Shown here piece by piece: positions 1-8,864 of a DNA stretch of 64,000 nt (positions are counted from its first letter, which is position 1; each line of letters starts with the position of its first letter). The stretch is taken from positions 68,143 through 132,142 of the forward strand of contig CAYZYP010000001.1 of the NCBI GenBank assembly GCA_964482695.1. The letters run 5' to 3'. The position numbers and the translations under genes are program-made. Under the pieces are notes generated by a model. That model saw only the letters and a program-made list of their open reading frames with translations. It did not search any database and was not told where the DNA came from. The DNA is from an uncultured Gammaproteobacteria bacterium (GTDB taxonomy: Bacteria > Patescibacteriota > Patescibacteriia > Magasanikbacterales > GWA2-37-8).

Positions 1-1419
1 CCTTTTGTTTACGAACGATTTACTGCCGGTCATATTGGCGTGCTTTTGAGTTACGCGTTACTGCCCTTGGTTATCAAGGCTATTTTTACAGCTTTTGAAG
101 AAAAAACTTGGCGACAAGCGATTTGGGCGGTTTTTTTGTGGACACTACAGATTATTTTTTCCGCGCATTATTTAGTAATAACAGGTGTGTGTGTTGGGGT
201 TATTTTTTTAGTTTATTTAATAGCTAGTTTGTTGTTACATTATAATTGTCATTCCGAGGAGGAGCATAGCGACGACGAGGAATCTCTGTCCAAATTGAGA
301 CAGAGATCCTTCGCTCCGCTCAGGATGACAGAGTCTAGGAGAGTTACTTTTAGCATTGGGATATTATCTATTTTTTTAAAACTTATTCTTTTACTCCTTA
401 TTTTTAACTCTTTTTGGCTTGTTCCCACTTTTTTACTACACCAAAATCCAACCACAGAATTTAGCAATTCTCATTTTACCGCCTATAAGTCATCACCAGA
501 CCAACATTATGGTTTGTTAACAAATTTAGCTGGCATGTATGGTTTTTGGCGCGAACGCACTTCGGAAGGGGAGTTTGTTTTAGCAAAAAATAATTTACCA
601 ATTTGGCCGTTGTTTTTTGTTATTTTTTTAATATCTATTTGTTTTGGTGTTAAGAATTTGCTTAAAGAAAAAAAATACGTTTACATGGGCTCATTGTTAG
701 TTATGGGCGCGTTAGCCGTGGTATTATCGGTGGGGTCGCAGAACGGTTTTGTCGGTTCTGTTAATAATTTTATTTTTACCTATATTCCAGCTTTTAGCGG
801 TTTGCGCGAAAGCCAAAAGTTTATTTCAATTTTAGTTTTTGTTTATTCAGTATTTATCGCTTATGGTTTGTATTGTTTTAGAAGCAATAAGTTGATGTAT
901 TATTTTTTTATCACTATTATTTTTGCCAATATTTTTATCTATAGTTATCCCTTATTTTGGGCCGCCAATAATCAAATTGTGTCTCAACCATATCCGGCTT
1001 CTTTCCAAAAAGCTAAAGAGGTCTTTGATCAAGATAAAAGCGACTACCAAATACTTATTTTGCCTTGGCATATGTATGTTATTGGCCATTCTTTAACTCC
1101 AAAATATACCATAGTTGACCCGGCGCCTAAATATTTTTATCCAAGCAAAATAATAGCTTGTCAAGACGAAGAAGCAGGGTATGTTAAAAATATTTCTCCT
1201 CAACAAACTGCCATTAGAAATTTACAAAACAGCACTAGTTCTACGGTTTGGCTATCATTTTTACGTGATGCCGGTATAAAATATATTTTTATTTCCAAAG
1301 TAACTGACACCATAAAGCATGGTTTTGATTACGATACCTTTTTAGAGGATAAAAATTTTAAGAAAATAGTGGAAGATAATTACGCTGTATTGTTTGTGAA
1401 CCACGAATTTTTACACTAA
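1..1419 (+). CDS. Multi-pass membrane protein, GT-C/AftD(DUF3367)-like glycosyltransferase candidate, 5'-truncated by the window edge
   Basis: The frame is open from base 1 (PFVYERFTAGHIGVLLSYAL...). Many hydrophobic helices, an FSGLRESQKF motif and a soluble C-terminal domain. Contains an in-frame palindromic insertion at 247-330. Confidence 0.6.
   Translation, partial: PFVYERFTAGHIGVLLSYALLPLVIKAIFTAFEEKTWRQAIWAVFLWTLQIIFSAHYLVITGVCVGVIFLVYLIASLLLHYNCHSEEEHSDDEESLSKLRQRSFAPLRMTESRRVTFSIGILSIFLKLILLLLIFNSFWLVPTFLLHQNPTTEFSNSHFTAYKSSPDQHYGLLTNLAGMYGFWRERTSEGEFVLAKNNLPIWPLFFVIFLISICFGVKNLLKEKKYVYMGSLLVMGALAVVLSVGSQNGFVGSVNNFIFTYIPAFSGLRESQKFISILVFVYSVFIAYGLYCFRSNKLMYYFFITIIFANIFIYSYPLFWAANNQIVSQPYPASFQKAKEVFDQDKSDYQILILPWHMYVIGHSLTPKYTIVDPAPKYFYPSKIIACQDEEAGYVKNISPQQTAIRNLQNSTSSTVWLSFLRDAGIKYIFISKVTDTIKHGFDYDTFLEDKNFKKIVEDNYAVLFVNHEFLH
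247..330 (+). repeat. Palindromic element (family A, RPE-like), in-frame copy 1
   Basis: TGTCATTCCGAG...CTCAGGATGACA ends with inner stem ATCTCTGTC/GACAGAGAT. Clearly homologous to 21331-21415 and 22282-22372. Confidence 0.9.
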
Positions 1420-1469
1420 TTTACACAAATATGGAATTTAATTTGTGATTAGTGTAAATTCGTGGTTCA
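1397..1469. repeat. Long imperfect inverted repeat built from ACGAAT/ACTAAT/ACAAAT units, overlapping the stop of the first gene
   Basis: TGAACCACGAATTT(TT)ACACTAAT...ATTAGTGTAAATTCGTGGTTCA, plus inner CACAAAT/ATTTGTG. Confidence 0.8.
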
Positions 1470-1472
1470 GAG

Positions 1473-1481
1473 TTATCCACA
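1473..1481 (+). promoter_or_regulatory. Consensus DnaA box
   Basis: Perfect TTATCCACA about 40 bp upstream of an extended -10. Confidence 0.5.
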
Positions 1482-1519
1482 GGGCTGTTTTTAGCAGGGT
1501 ATACATATATTTTAAAAAA

Positions 1520-1528
1520 TGTTATAAT
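1520..1528 (+). promoter_or_regulatory. Extended -10 promoter element
   Basis: TGTTATAAT upstream of the ATG at 1572. Confidence 0.55.
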
Positions 1529-1571
1529 AATTTTAGAAAAATTTTAATTATTTAATTTTAACTTCAAGAGT

Positions 1572-2627
1572 ATGAGAAAAATGTTCTTTGTTCTGTCTCT
1601 TCTAGTGCTTGGGTTACTAATCGTACCAAGTGCGACATACGCCCAATATGGCGGTGGTGGAGGCGGGGGAATTAATTCTACCCCACCAACTTTATCTGGC
1701 TCACTCCAAATCAACAGTGGAGCCGCAAGCACTGCTAATACAAGTGTAACTTTGACCATGCCAACCACCAATGCCGATCAAATGGCAATTTCAAATGATT
1801 CTAGTTTTTCCAATGTTTCTTGGGAGACATTTAGTTCTTCAAAATCTTGGACTTTGACCCCAAGTTATGGCACCAAGACTGTTTACACCATGTTTAGAAT
1901 AGCTAGCACTGGCGCTGCCACACAAATTACTAGCGCAACAATATCATTAACGGCTACTACTACTACCTCAACCACCCCGGCCACCCCGGCCACCCCGGCC
2001 ACCCCGGCCACACCGGCCACCCCGGCCACACCGGCCACCCCGGCCACACCGGCCACCCCGGCCACCCCGGCCACCCCGGCCACCCCGGCCACCCCGGCCA
2101 CACCGGCCACAACCGAAACTAAAACCGCTTATACCTTTACTAAATATCTAGCTGTTGGTTCTAGCGGCACAGAAGTAACAGAATTACAGAATTTATTAAA
2201 AAGTTTAGGCTATTTTAAAGACACAGCCACTGGTTATTATGGTAGTGTTACTCAAGCCGCTGTTGTGGCTTTTCAAAAAGCCAACAGTTTAGCTCCATAT
2301 CCAGGCTATGTCGGCCCAGCCACTAGATTAGCTTTAAGCAAAGTAAAATACAAAGTTACCACTACCCAGACAACAACAGCTACTACTGTTAAATCAACTA
2401 CCAAATATACCTTTAAAAATTATTTGGCCATTGGTTCATCTGGTGAAGAAGTAAAACAATTACAATTAAAACTCAAAGAACTAGGCTATTTCACTTACTC
2501 TGGCGGCGCTACTGGCTATTATGGTTCTGTTACAGCAGCAGCTGTCACAGCCTTTCAGAAAGCCAAAAATCTCGCTCCATATCCAGGTTATGTTGGCCCA
2601 GGTACAAGAACAGAGTTGAATAAGTAA
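1572..2627 (+). CDS. Secreted peptidoglycan-binding-domain protein with (TPA)15 linker
   Basis: Signal peptide (…ATYA), Ser/Thr-rich beta domain, TPA repeats, and two PG_binding_1-like domains (L.GSSG.EV..LQ..LK.LGY....TGYYGSVT.AAV.AFQK). Confidence 0.85.
   Translation: MRKMFFVLSLLVLGLLIVPSATYAQYGGGGGGGINSTPPTLSGSLQINSGAASTANTSVTLTMPTTNADQMAISNDSSFSNVSWETFSSSKSWTLTPSYGTKTVYTMFRIASTGAATQITSATISLTATTTTSTTPATPATPATPATPATPATPATPATPATPATPATPATPATPATPATTETKTAYTFTKYLAVGSSGTEVTELQNLLKSLGYFKDTATGYYGSVTQAAVVAFQKANSLAPYPGYVGPATRLALSKVKYKVTTTQTTTATTVKSTTKYTFKNYLAIGSSGEEVKQLQLKLKELGYFTYSGGATGYYGSVTAAAVTAFQKAKNLAPYPGYVGPGTRTELNK
1974..2108 (+). repeat. 9-bp tandem repeat (ACMCCGGCC) x15 encoding Thr-Pro-Ala
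   Basis: Directly visible; 135 bp; units differ only by ACC/ACA. Confidence 0.95.
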
Positions 2628-2648
2628 AAAATACAATACAAATACAAA

Positions 2649-2678
2649 AAAACACCTCGACTTTAATCGGGGTGTTTT
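2649..2678 (+). terminator. Intrinsic terminator-like hairpin
   Basis: AAAACACCTCGA...TCGGGGTGTTTT just after the stop at 2627. Confidence 0.6.
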
Positions 2679-2706
2679 AGTATCCCTTTAACTTATTTTT
2701 AATATC

Positions 2707-2715
2707 TGTTATAAT
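2707..2715 (+). promoter_or_regulatory. Extended -10 promoter element
   Basis: TGTTATAAT about 25 bp upstream of the ATG at 2739. Confidence 0.55.
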
Positions 2716-2738
2716 ATCAACGCTTTAATTATATTTTT

Positions 2739-3998
2739 ATGTTAAAAAAGATTATTTTTCTTTCTTGTTTTTTACTTCTATTATTTTTTGCTACTTCGGT
2801 TTCCGCCAGCGAAGCTTCGGTGCAAATTTCTCCATTACAGGGTACTTACAACGAAGATCAGACATTCACAGTTGATGTTTGGGTGAAAACCGGGGGCTAT
2901 TCTGTGGGGCAGGTAAGCGCTGATATTAGTTTTTCCGAAGATTTTTTACAGGTTGTTAGCATAAGTTTAGCCGATTATTTTAAATCAACAAATGAATATG
3001 GCGTTAATAATTTTGACAATGAAAAGGGTAATATCCACGTAGAAGGAGAAATAGAGAATGGTTTAAAAGAAGACGGCAGTTTGGCGACAATTACTTTTAA
3101 AGTTAAAAAAAGTGGCACTGCCAGAATAGATCTTTTTAAAACCACGCGTGTTCTTACTACCGATAATTTAACCATACCTTTACGCACAGCCGACAGTGTA
3201 TATCAATTAGAAAAAAAAGGCACAACTAGCGTGAATATCCAGCAAGTTAATATCACCGAAACAGACGAGGGTGGTTACAAAGGAATTTCTAATAGTATTA
3301 GCACTTCTTCTATTTTAATAGGCCAGCCACCACAGTTATTTGGCAAGACAGATACGCCAAATGCTTTAATAGAGTTTGATGTTGATCAAGGCCTGGCGAT
3401 AGGCAAAACAACCGCGGATCAACAGGGTGATTGGAATTGGTCTTTGTCCAGAAGATTATTGCCAGGTATATACGCGGTAAAAATTACAGCTACCAACCCG
3501 CAGGACAAAAAAAAGAAGGAAACAGACTGGCAAGAAGTAGAAATGAGAATTATGGATGTTTCGCGTCAGTTGTATAAAATTATAGTAGTTTCTTCTACAT
3601 TGCCAAAAAATGTTTATCCTAATTCTAAATTACCTATTAATTTTAAAATTATTAATTTAGGCAACGCTAGTAGTACTAACCAATTAAAAAATACTTTTAG
3701 AGTTTCTTATTACATAGAAGACCCCAGCAGAAGCCTTATTTACGATAATCAAGAAGATGTAGTATTTACCGGCCAAGACGTAACTTTAACCAGAGAGATA
3801 GAAATATCCAAAGAAGCGGTAAAAGGCAATTATACTATTTATGCCACTATGAAGTTGGATGATGAATTGGTCAGTATGGATTCAGCGACGTTTAAAGTGC
3901 GGGCAAGCACGTATAAGTATCTGATTATTGGCGTGGCGTTAGTAGCAGTATTTTTCGTGGGTTGGGCAGTGTTTAGAAAGTTAAAAACAAGAAAATAA
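2739..3998 (+). CDS. Surface protein with cohesin-like and Ig-like domains and a C-terminal membrane anchor
   Basis: Signal peptide; cohesin-like N-domain (TFTVDVWV...ADISFS...LQVVSI...GSLATITFKVKKSGTA); Big-like segment (GKTTADQQGDWNW); C-terminal TM followed by a basic tail. Confidence 0.7.
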   Translation: MLKKIIFLSCFLLLLFFATSVSASEASVQISPLQGTYNEDQTFTVDVWVKTGGYSVGQVSADISFSEDFLQVVSISLADYFKSTNEYGVNNFDNEKGNIHVEGEIENGLKEDGSLATITFKVKKSGTARIDLFKTTRVLTTDNLTIPLRTADSVYQLEKKGTTSVNIQQVNITETDEGGYKGISNSISTSSILIGQPPQLFGKTDTPNALIEFDVDQGLAIGKTTADQQGDWNWSLSRRLLPGIYAVKITATNPQDKKKKETDWQEVEMRIMDVSRQLYKIIVVSSTLPKNVYPNSKLPINFKIINLGNASSTNQLKNTFRVSYYIEDPSRSLIYDNQEDVVFTGQDVTLTREIEISKEAVKGNYTIYATMKLDDELVSMDSATFKVRASTYKYLIIGVALVAVFFVGWAVFRKLKTRK

Positions 3999-4014
3999 CA
4001 ATAATATTTAGCAT

Positions 4015-4047
4015 AAACGTCTGGTCTTGTGCCGGACGTTTTTTTTT
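4015..4047 (+). terminator. Intrinsic terminator
   Basis: AAACGTCTGG...CCGGACGTTT followed by a T run. Confidence 0.7.
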
Positions 4048-4081
4048 GATAGAATAAAGAGGATAATTAATTAAAATTTTT

Positions 4082-5083
4082 ATGTTGAATCTCGCCATCA
4101 ATGGTTTTGGCCGTATCGGCCGGCAAACTTTCAAAGCCGCGTTTGGTAGAAAAAATATTAAAATAGTTGGTATTAACGATTTAGCAGATACCAAGACTTT
4201 GGCGCATTTATTAAAATACGATACTGCTTATGGCAGTTATGACAAGCAGGTAACTTATGATGAGAAAAATATTATTGTCAATGGAGAAAAATTTCCAGTT
4301 TTTGCGGAAAAAGATCCTAGTAAATTATCTTGGAAAAAATTGTCAGTTGATGTGGTAGTAGAAAGTACAGGCAGGTTTAGGTCAAAAGAAGACGCTGGCT
4401 TGCATTTAAAAGCAGGAGCCAAAAAGGTAATTATCAGTGCCCCGGCCAAAGGTGGCGATGTGCCGACTTATGTTAGAGCGGTTAATTGTGGCAAAGTTAA
4501 AGATGAAAAAGAATTAATAATTAACAACGCTTCTTGTACTACCAATTGTATCGCGCCAATAATGGCGGTTTTAGAAGAAACTTTTGGCATAGAAAAGGCA
4601 ATGATGAGCACAGTCCACGGTTATACCTCTGACCAAAATTTACAGGATGGTCCGCACAAAGATTTGCGTCGGGCGCGCGCGGCCGCGGAAAATATCGTGC
4701 CCACTTCAACTGGCGCGGCCAAGGCAGTAGGCCTAGTGATGCCAAAATTACAGGGTATTTTTGATGGCGTTGCTTTTCGTGTGCCAGTGCCAACATGCTC
4801 ATTATCTGATATTGTGGTTGTTTTAAAGAAAGATGTTACTAAAGAAGAAATAAACAAAGCTTTAACAGACGCCTCTAAAACCGCTCGCTTTAAAGGTGTT
4901 TTAGCGGTAACCGAAGAGCCGCTTGTGTCAGCTGATTTTGTTGGTAATAGTTATTCTTCTACCGTAGATTTAGCGCTTACCAATGTTGTTGGCGGAAATT
5001 TGGTAAAAGTAGTTGCTTGGTATGACAACGAGGTTGGTTATGCACACCGGCTGGTGGAGATGACAGAGTTATTTGTCAAATAA
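4082..5083 (+). CDS. gap: Type I glyceraldehyde-3-phosphate dehydrogenase
   Basis: INGFGRIGR, ASCTTNC catalytic motif, WYDNE. Confidence 0.97.
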   Translation: MLNLAINGFGRIGRQTFKAAFGRKNIKIVGINDLADTKTLAHLLKYDTAYGSYDKQVTYDEKNIIVNGEKFPVFAEKDPSKLSWKKLSVDVVVESTGRFRSKEDAGLHLKAGAKKVIISAPAKGGDVPTYVRAVNCGKVKDEKELIINNASCTTNCIAPIMAVLEETFGIEKAMMSTVHGYTSDQNLQDGPHKDLRRARAAAENIVPTSTGAAKAVGLVMPKLQGIFDGVAFRVPVPTCSLSDIVVVLKKDVTKEEINKALTDASKTARFKGVLAVTEEPLVSADFVGNSYSSTVDLALTNVVGGNLVKVVAWYDNEVGYAHRLVEMTELFVK

Positions 5084-5094
5084 AGTAAAAATTT

Positions 5095-6489
5095 ATGCGT
5101 ACATTATCAATAGAAACAACAAATAAAGTAGGGGCTGAGGTAATTCTAAAAGGTTGGGTAAACGCTCGCCGCAACATGGGCAAAGTGGTATTTTTAGATT
5201 TACGCGATAGAAGCGGAGTCGTGCAGGTGGTTGGAGTTCCAAGCGAATTGAATGAAAAATCTGTTGAAGAAATGAAAAAAATTAGACCGGAGTGGGTAGT
5301 GGAAATTAGTGGAATAGTAAACGAACGCGGCTCCAAACAAAAAAATCCACAGATGTCGACAGGTAATGTAGAAGTTTTGGCCAAAGAAATTAAGGTATTA
5401 AGCGAATCTTTCACGCCACCTTTTGAAATAGACAAAGATACAAAAATTATCGGCGAAGAATTGCGTTTAAAACATCGTTACTTAGATTTGCGTTCAGAAA
5501 GAATGAATAAAAATATTAAATCGCGACACGTTATAAACAAAACAATACGCGATTATTTATCAGAACATGGTTTTACAGAAGTTGAAACGCCGTGTTTGAC
5601 CAAAGGAACCCCCGAAGGCGCGCGTGAATATATTATTCCTTCGCGTCTTTATGCCGGTAAATTTTATGTTTTACCTCAATCGCCGCAACAATTCAAACAA
5701 TTACTGATGGTTGCCGGATTAGAAAGATATTATCAAATCGCTCGTTGTTTTAGAGACGAAGATCAGCGTGGCGATAGACAACCGGAATTTACGCAATTAG
5801 ATGTTGAATTATCATTTACCAACCAAGAAGAGGTTTTAAGTTTAATAGAAAAATTAATGATAGAATTAGTGACTAATTGTTTTTCAGGTTTAACAATCAA
5901 AGAAAAACCATTCCCGCGTTTAACCTACGCCGAAGCAACTCAAAAATACAATTCAGATAAACCGGATTTACGCGATGATAAAAAAAATAAAAATGAAATG
6001 GCCTTTTGTTGGATAACTGATTTTCCATTGTTAGAAAAAAGCGAATCAGAAAATAAATTAGTGGCTGTACACCACCCGTTTACCAGGCCAAGTAAAAATG
6101 ATGAAAATATATTACAGTCAGAACCGCTTAAAGCGCGCGCGATTGCTTATGATTTGGTGTTAAATGGATTTGAAATAGGCGGTGGTAGTATGAGAATTCA
6201 TGAACCAAAATTGCAACAGGAATTATTTGAAATTCTAGGTTTATCGGCAGAAGAAATTAAAACGCGTTTTGGGCACATGTTAGAGGCTTTTGGTTATGGC
6301 GTGCCGCCACACGGTGGAATCGCTTTGGGGCTAGATAGACTGGCGGCTATTTTGCAGAAAGAAGAAAATATTCGTGAAGTAATTGCTTTCCCGAAAACTA
6401 GCGATGCCAAAGATCTGCTAATGAATGCGCCGTGTGGGATGCCCGGTAGAGCGCTAGAAGATGTTCATATTAAATTAGCGAAAGAATAA
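5095..6489 (+). CDS. aspS: Aspartate-tRNA ligase (compact, apparently lacking the GAD insertion domain)
   Basis: OB-fold FLDLRDRSG, LPQSPQQFKQLLM, FRDED..GDRQPEFTQLD, PPHGGIALGLDRL. Confidence 0.95.
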   Translation: MRTLSIETTNKVGAEVILKGWVNARRNMGKVVFLDLRDRSGVVQVVGVPSELNEKSVEEMKKIRPEWVVEISGIVNERGSKQKNPQMSTGNVEVLAKEIKVLSESFTPPFEIDKDTKIIGEELRLKHRYLDLRSERMNKNIKSRHVINKTIRDYLSEHGFTEVETPCLTKGTPEGAREYIIPSRLYAGKFYVLPQSPQQFKQLLMVAGLERYYQIARCFRDEDQRGDRQPEFTQLDVELSFTNQEEVLSLIEKLMIELVTNCFSGLTIKEKPFPRLTYAEATQKYNSDKPDLRDDKKNKNEMAFCWITDFPLLEKSESENKLVAVHHPFTRPSKNDENILQSEPLKARAIAYDLVLNGFEIGGGSMRIHEPKLQQELFEILGLSAEEIKTRFGHMLEAFGYGVPPHGGIALGLDRLAAILQKEENIREVIAFPKTSDAKDLLMNAPCGMPGRALEDVHIKLAKE

Positions 6490-6497
6490 CAAATATC

Positions 6498-7193
6498 ATG
6501 CCCGCCGATTTTAAATTAGACAAATTCGCCGGTCCTTTGGATTTATTATTGCAATTGATTGAAAAAGAAGAATTAAATATCACGGAAATTGCTTTATCAC
6601 AAATAACCGAGCAGTATTTTGCTTATTTAGACAAATTAGAAAAAAATCGCTCAGAGAAATTAGCTGATTTTTTGGTTATTGCCGCTAAATTAGTTTATCT
6701 AAAATCAAGAAATTTATTGCCATACTTATATCCCGAGGAAGAAGAAGAGGGACTAAGTCTGGCCGATCAATTAAAAATGTATAAGGCATATATTGAGGCC
6801 AGTAAAATTTTAGATGATTTATGGGCAAAGAACAGGATTGCTTATGGCCATTTAGAACCGCTGGTAAAACTCACAGAGTTTGTTGTTCCGGCCAATGCTA
6901 ATTTAGAAAATTTGGCCATAAATTTTCAAACAGTTTTAAAACGTTTGTGTCCCATTTCTCCTTTGCCAAAAGTTACGGTAGATCATTCTATTTCTGTAAA
7001 ACAGACAATAGACAAAATTAGAGCTCTGATTAATTCTAAGAAGTATTTTAATTTTAGTAAATTGTTATCTAATAAAAATAATCGTACGGAAATAATTGTT
7101 AGCTTTTTAGCCTTATTGGAATTATTAAAGAACAAAGTAATAAATATCCAACAAAATTCTTCTTATGGAGAATTAGAAATAGTTAAGTTATAA
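6498..7193 (+). CDS. scpA: Segregation and condensation protein A
   Basis: F.GPLDLLLQLI...ITEQY...LADFLVIAA; C-terminal SFLALLEL. Confidence 0.92.
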   Translation: MPADFKLDKFAGPLDLLLQLIEKEELNITEIALSQITEQYFAYLDKLEKNRSEKLADFLVIAAKLVYLKSRNLLPYLYPEEEEEGLSLADQLKMYKAYIEASKILDDLWAKNRIAYGHLEPLVKLTEFVVPANANLENLAINFQTVLKRLCPISPLPKVTVDHSISVKQTIDKIRALINSKKYFNFSKLLSNKNNRTEIIVSFLALLELLKNKVINIQQNSSYGELEIVKL

Positions 7194-7229
7194 AGTAATT
7201 TTTAACTTTATAAATCTTATAACTTTAAT

Positions 7230-7766
7230 ATGTCAATTTTGTCAAAATTGGAGTCTATCTTGTTTGTCGCTTCTAAACCATTGTCAATTAAAAAAATCGT
7301 TGCTGTTCTAAAAGTAAGCAAAGAAGAGTCCGAGGCCGTGCTTAAAAATTTGCGAGAAAAATACAATCAGCCTGATTCTGGCGTAATATTAATGCAAAAC
7401 AACGATGATTGGCAATTAGTATCAAATCCAGATAATCGCGATGTGGCGGAAAACTTTTTAAAGGCAGAAGTTTCTGGCGAGCTCACTCGTCCGCAGCTAG
7501 AAACGTTGACCGTAATTTCTTATTGTGGGCCAATAACCAAACCAGAATTAGAACAGATCCGCGGAGTTAATTGTGGTATTATTTTACGCAATTTACTTTT
7601 ACGTGGTTTGATAAAAGAAGTAGAAAAACCAGAAAGTTTATTATCGGAATTTGAGGTGACTATGGATTACCTGCGCCATTTAGGAATTAGCAGTTTATCC
7701 GAGTTACCGGATTATGATAAATTACATAAACACCCATACATAGAAGAAATTAAAAAAGGTGATTAG
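7230..7766 (+). CDS. scpB: SMC-Scp complex subunit ScpB
   Basis: LESILF, LETL.VI.Y..PIT..ELEQIRGVN; adjacent to scpA. Confidence 0.93.
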   Translation: MSILSKLESILFVASKPLSIKKIVAVLKVSKEESEAVLKNLREKYNQPDSGVILMQNNDDWQLVSNPDNRDVAENFLKAEVSGELTRPQLETLTVISYCGPITKPELEQIRGVNCGIILRNLLLRGLIKEVEKPESLLSEFEVTMDYLRHLGISSLSELPDYDKLHKHPYIEEIKKGD

Positions 7767-7771
7767 CTATT

Positions 7772-8797
7772 ATGTCTTATCTTTGGAGAATGATTAGCAA
7801 GGTTCTTCCTTACGCCTGTATTACAACTGGCGTGTTGTTGGTGTTGATCGCGCCCTTGTCTTTTTATTCTAATAAAAATTTAGTTGTACCCAATTTTCAC
7901 ATAGCGCCGATTGAAAAAGAAGCGCCAGTAGTTGGCGGCGATATTGCGATTAACAGTTCGGCAATAAATCGTCCTATGGCGCCAGTTTTAAAAAGTAAAA
8001 TCAGTTTTACAGACAAATTAACAGCCAAATCAGTTTTGGTTATTGATGATAAAACTAAGCATGTTTTGTATGAAAAAAATAGTTTTGAAGCGCGCCCATT
8101 GGCTAGTATTACCAAATTGATGACAGCGATGGTTTTGATGGATCTGCCAATTAATTGGTCAAACACTACCACCATAATAGAAACAGATGGCAATAGCGAT
8201 GAACTAGCCAACGAAGGAGAAATTTTTACTCTAGATGAATTGTGGCATTTAGCTCTTGTGGGGTCTTCTAATAAAGCCGTCAACGCTTTGGTAAGAGTGT
8301 CTGGTTTAACTAGTGGAGATTTTATAAAAAAAATGAATGTTAAGGCGCAGGATTTACATTTATCTTCGCTACGTTTTGTTGAGCCAACTGGTTTATCCGC
8401 TTATAATACGGGCAACGCTGTTGATATTGCCGAGCTTTTGCGAGAAGCTTTGCGGTTTGATAAAATTTATATTACCTTACGTATAGGCGAATATTATGCT
8501 AAACCGCTGAATAAAGAAAAGATGCGTCGTGTCTGGAGCACGGATTGGCTACTCACTAATTGGATTCCAAATGATTTTAACAAGAAAGATATTGCTGGTA
8601 AAACCGGCTATATATCTGAATCGCGTTATAATTTTGTAGTTAATTTAGCAGATAAAAGACAACATAAAATAATAGTTGCTGTTTTAGGCTCGGAATCAAA
8701 CGAAAGTCGTTTTAACGAGGCTCGCGATTTGGCTAAATGGATATTTGAAAATTATTTGTGGCCAGATGATGAGAGGTATAATGAACTAGTAGAATAA
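7772..8797 (+). CDS. D-alanyl-D-alanine carboxypeptidase/endopeptidase, peptidase S11 family
   Basis: N-terminal TM; SxxK (ASITKLMT), SxN (SSN) and KTG motifs. Confidence 0.9.
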   Translation: MSYLWRMISKVLPYACITTGVLLVLIAPLSFYSNKNLVVPNFHIAPIEKEAPVVGGDIAINSSAINRPMAPVLKSKISFTDKLTAKSVLVIDDKTKHVLYEKNSFEARPLASITKLMTAMVLMDLPINWSNTTTIIETDGNSDELANEGEIFTLDELWHLALVGSSNKAVNALVRVSGLTSGDFIKKMNVKAQDLHLSSLRFVEPTGLSAYNTGNAVDIAELLREALRFDKIYITLRIGEYYAKPLNKEKMRRVWSTDWLLTNWIPNDFNKKDIAGKTGYISESRYNFVVNLADKRQHKIIVAVLGSESNESRFNEARDLAKWIFENYLWPDDERYNELVE

Positions 8798-8825
8798 AAA
8801 GAGCCTGGAAAGAGCGCAAAAATCG

Positions 8826-8834
8826 TGGTATAAT
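8826..8834 (+). promoter_or_regulatory. Extended -10 promoter element for pgk
   Basis: TGGTATAAT about 30 bp upstream of the ATG. Confidence 0.55.
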
Positions 8835-8864
8835 TCAGTTATAAAGTTTATAACTTTTTAGTTT

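Noticed and set aside
1473-1481. Replication origin at the DnaA box
   Set aside because: Single box, no cluster, no dnaA/dnaN nearby, and no switch in gene orientation.
1974-2108. Possible CRISPR array
   Set aside because: Contiguous 9-bp units without spacers, inside a CDS; no cas genes in the window.
1883-2110. Minus-strand (AGV)n ORF
   Set aside because: Simply the antisense reading of the 9-bp TPA repeat.
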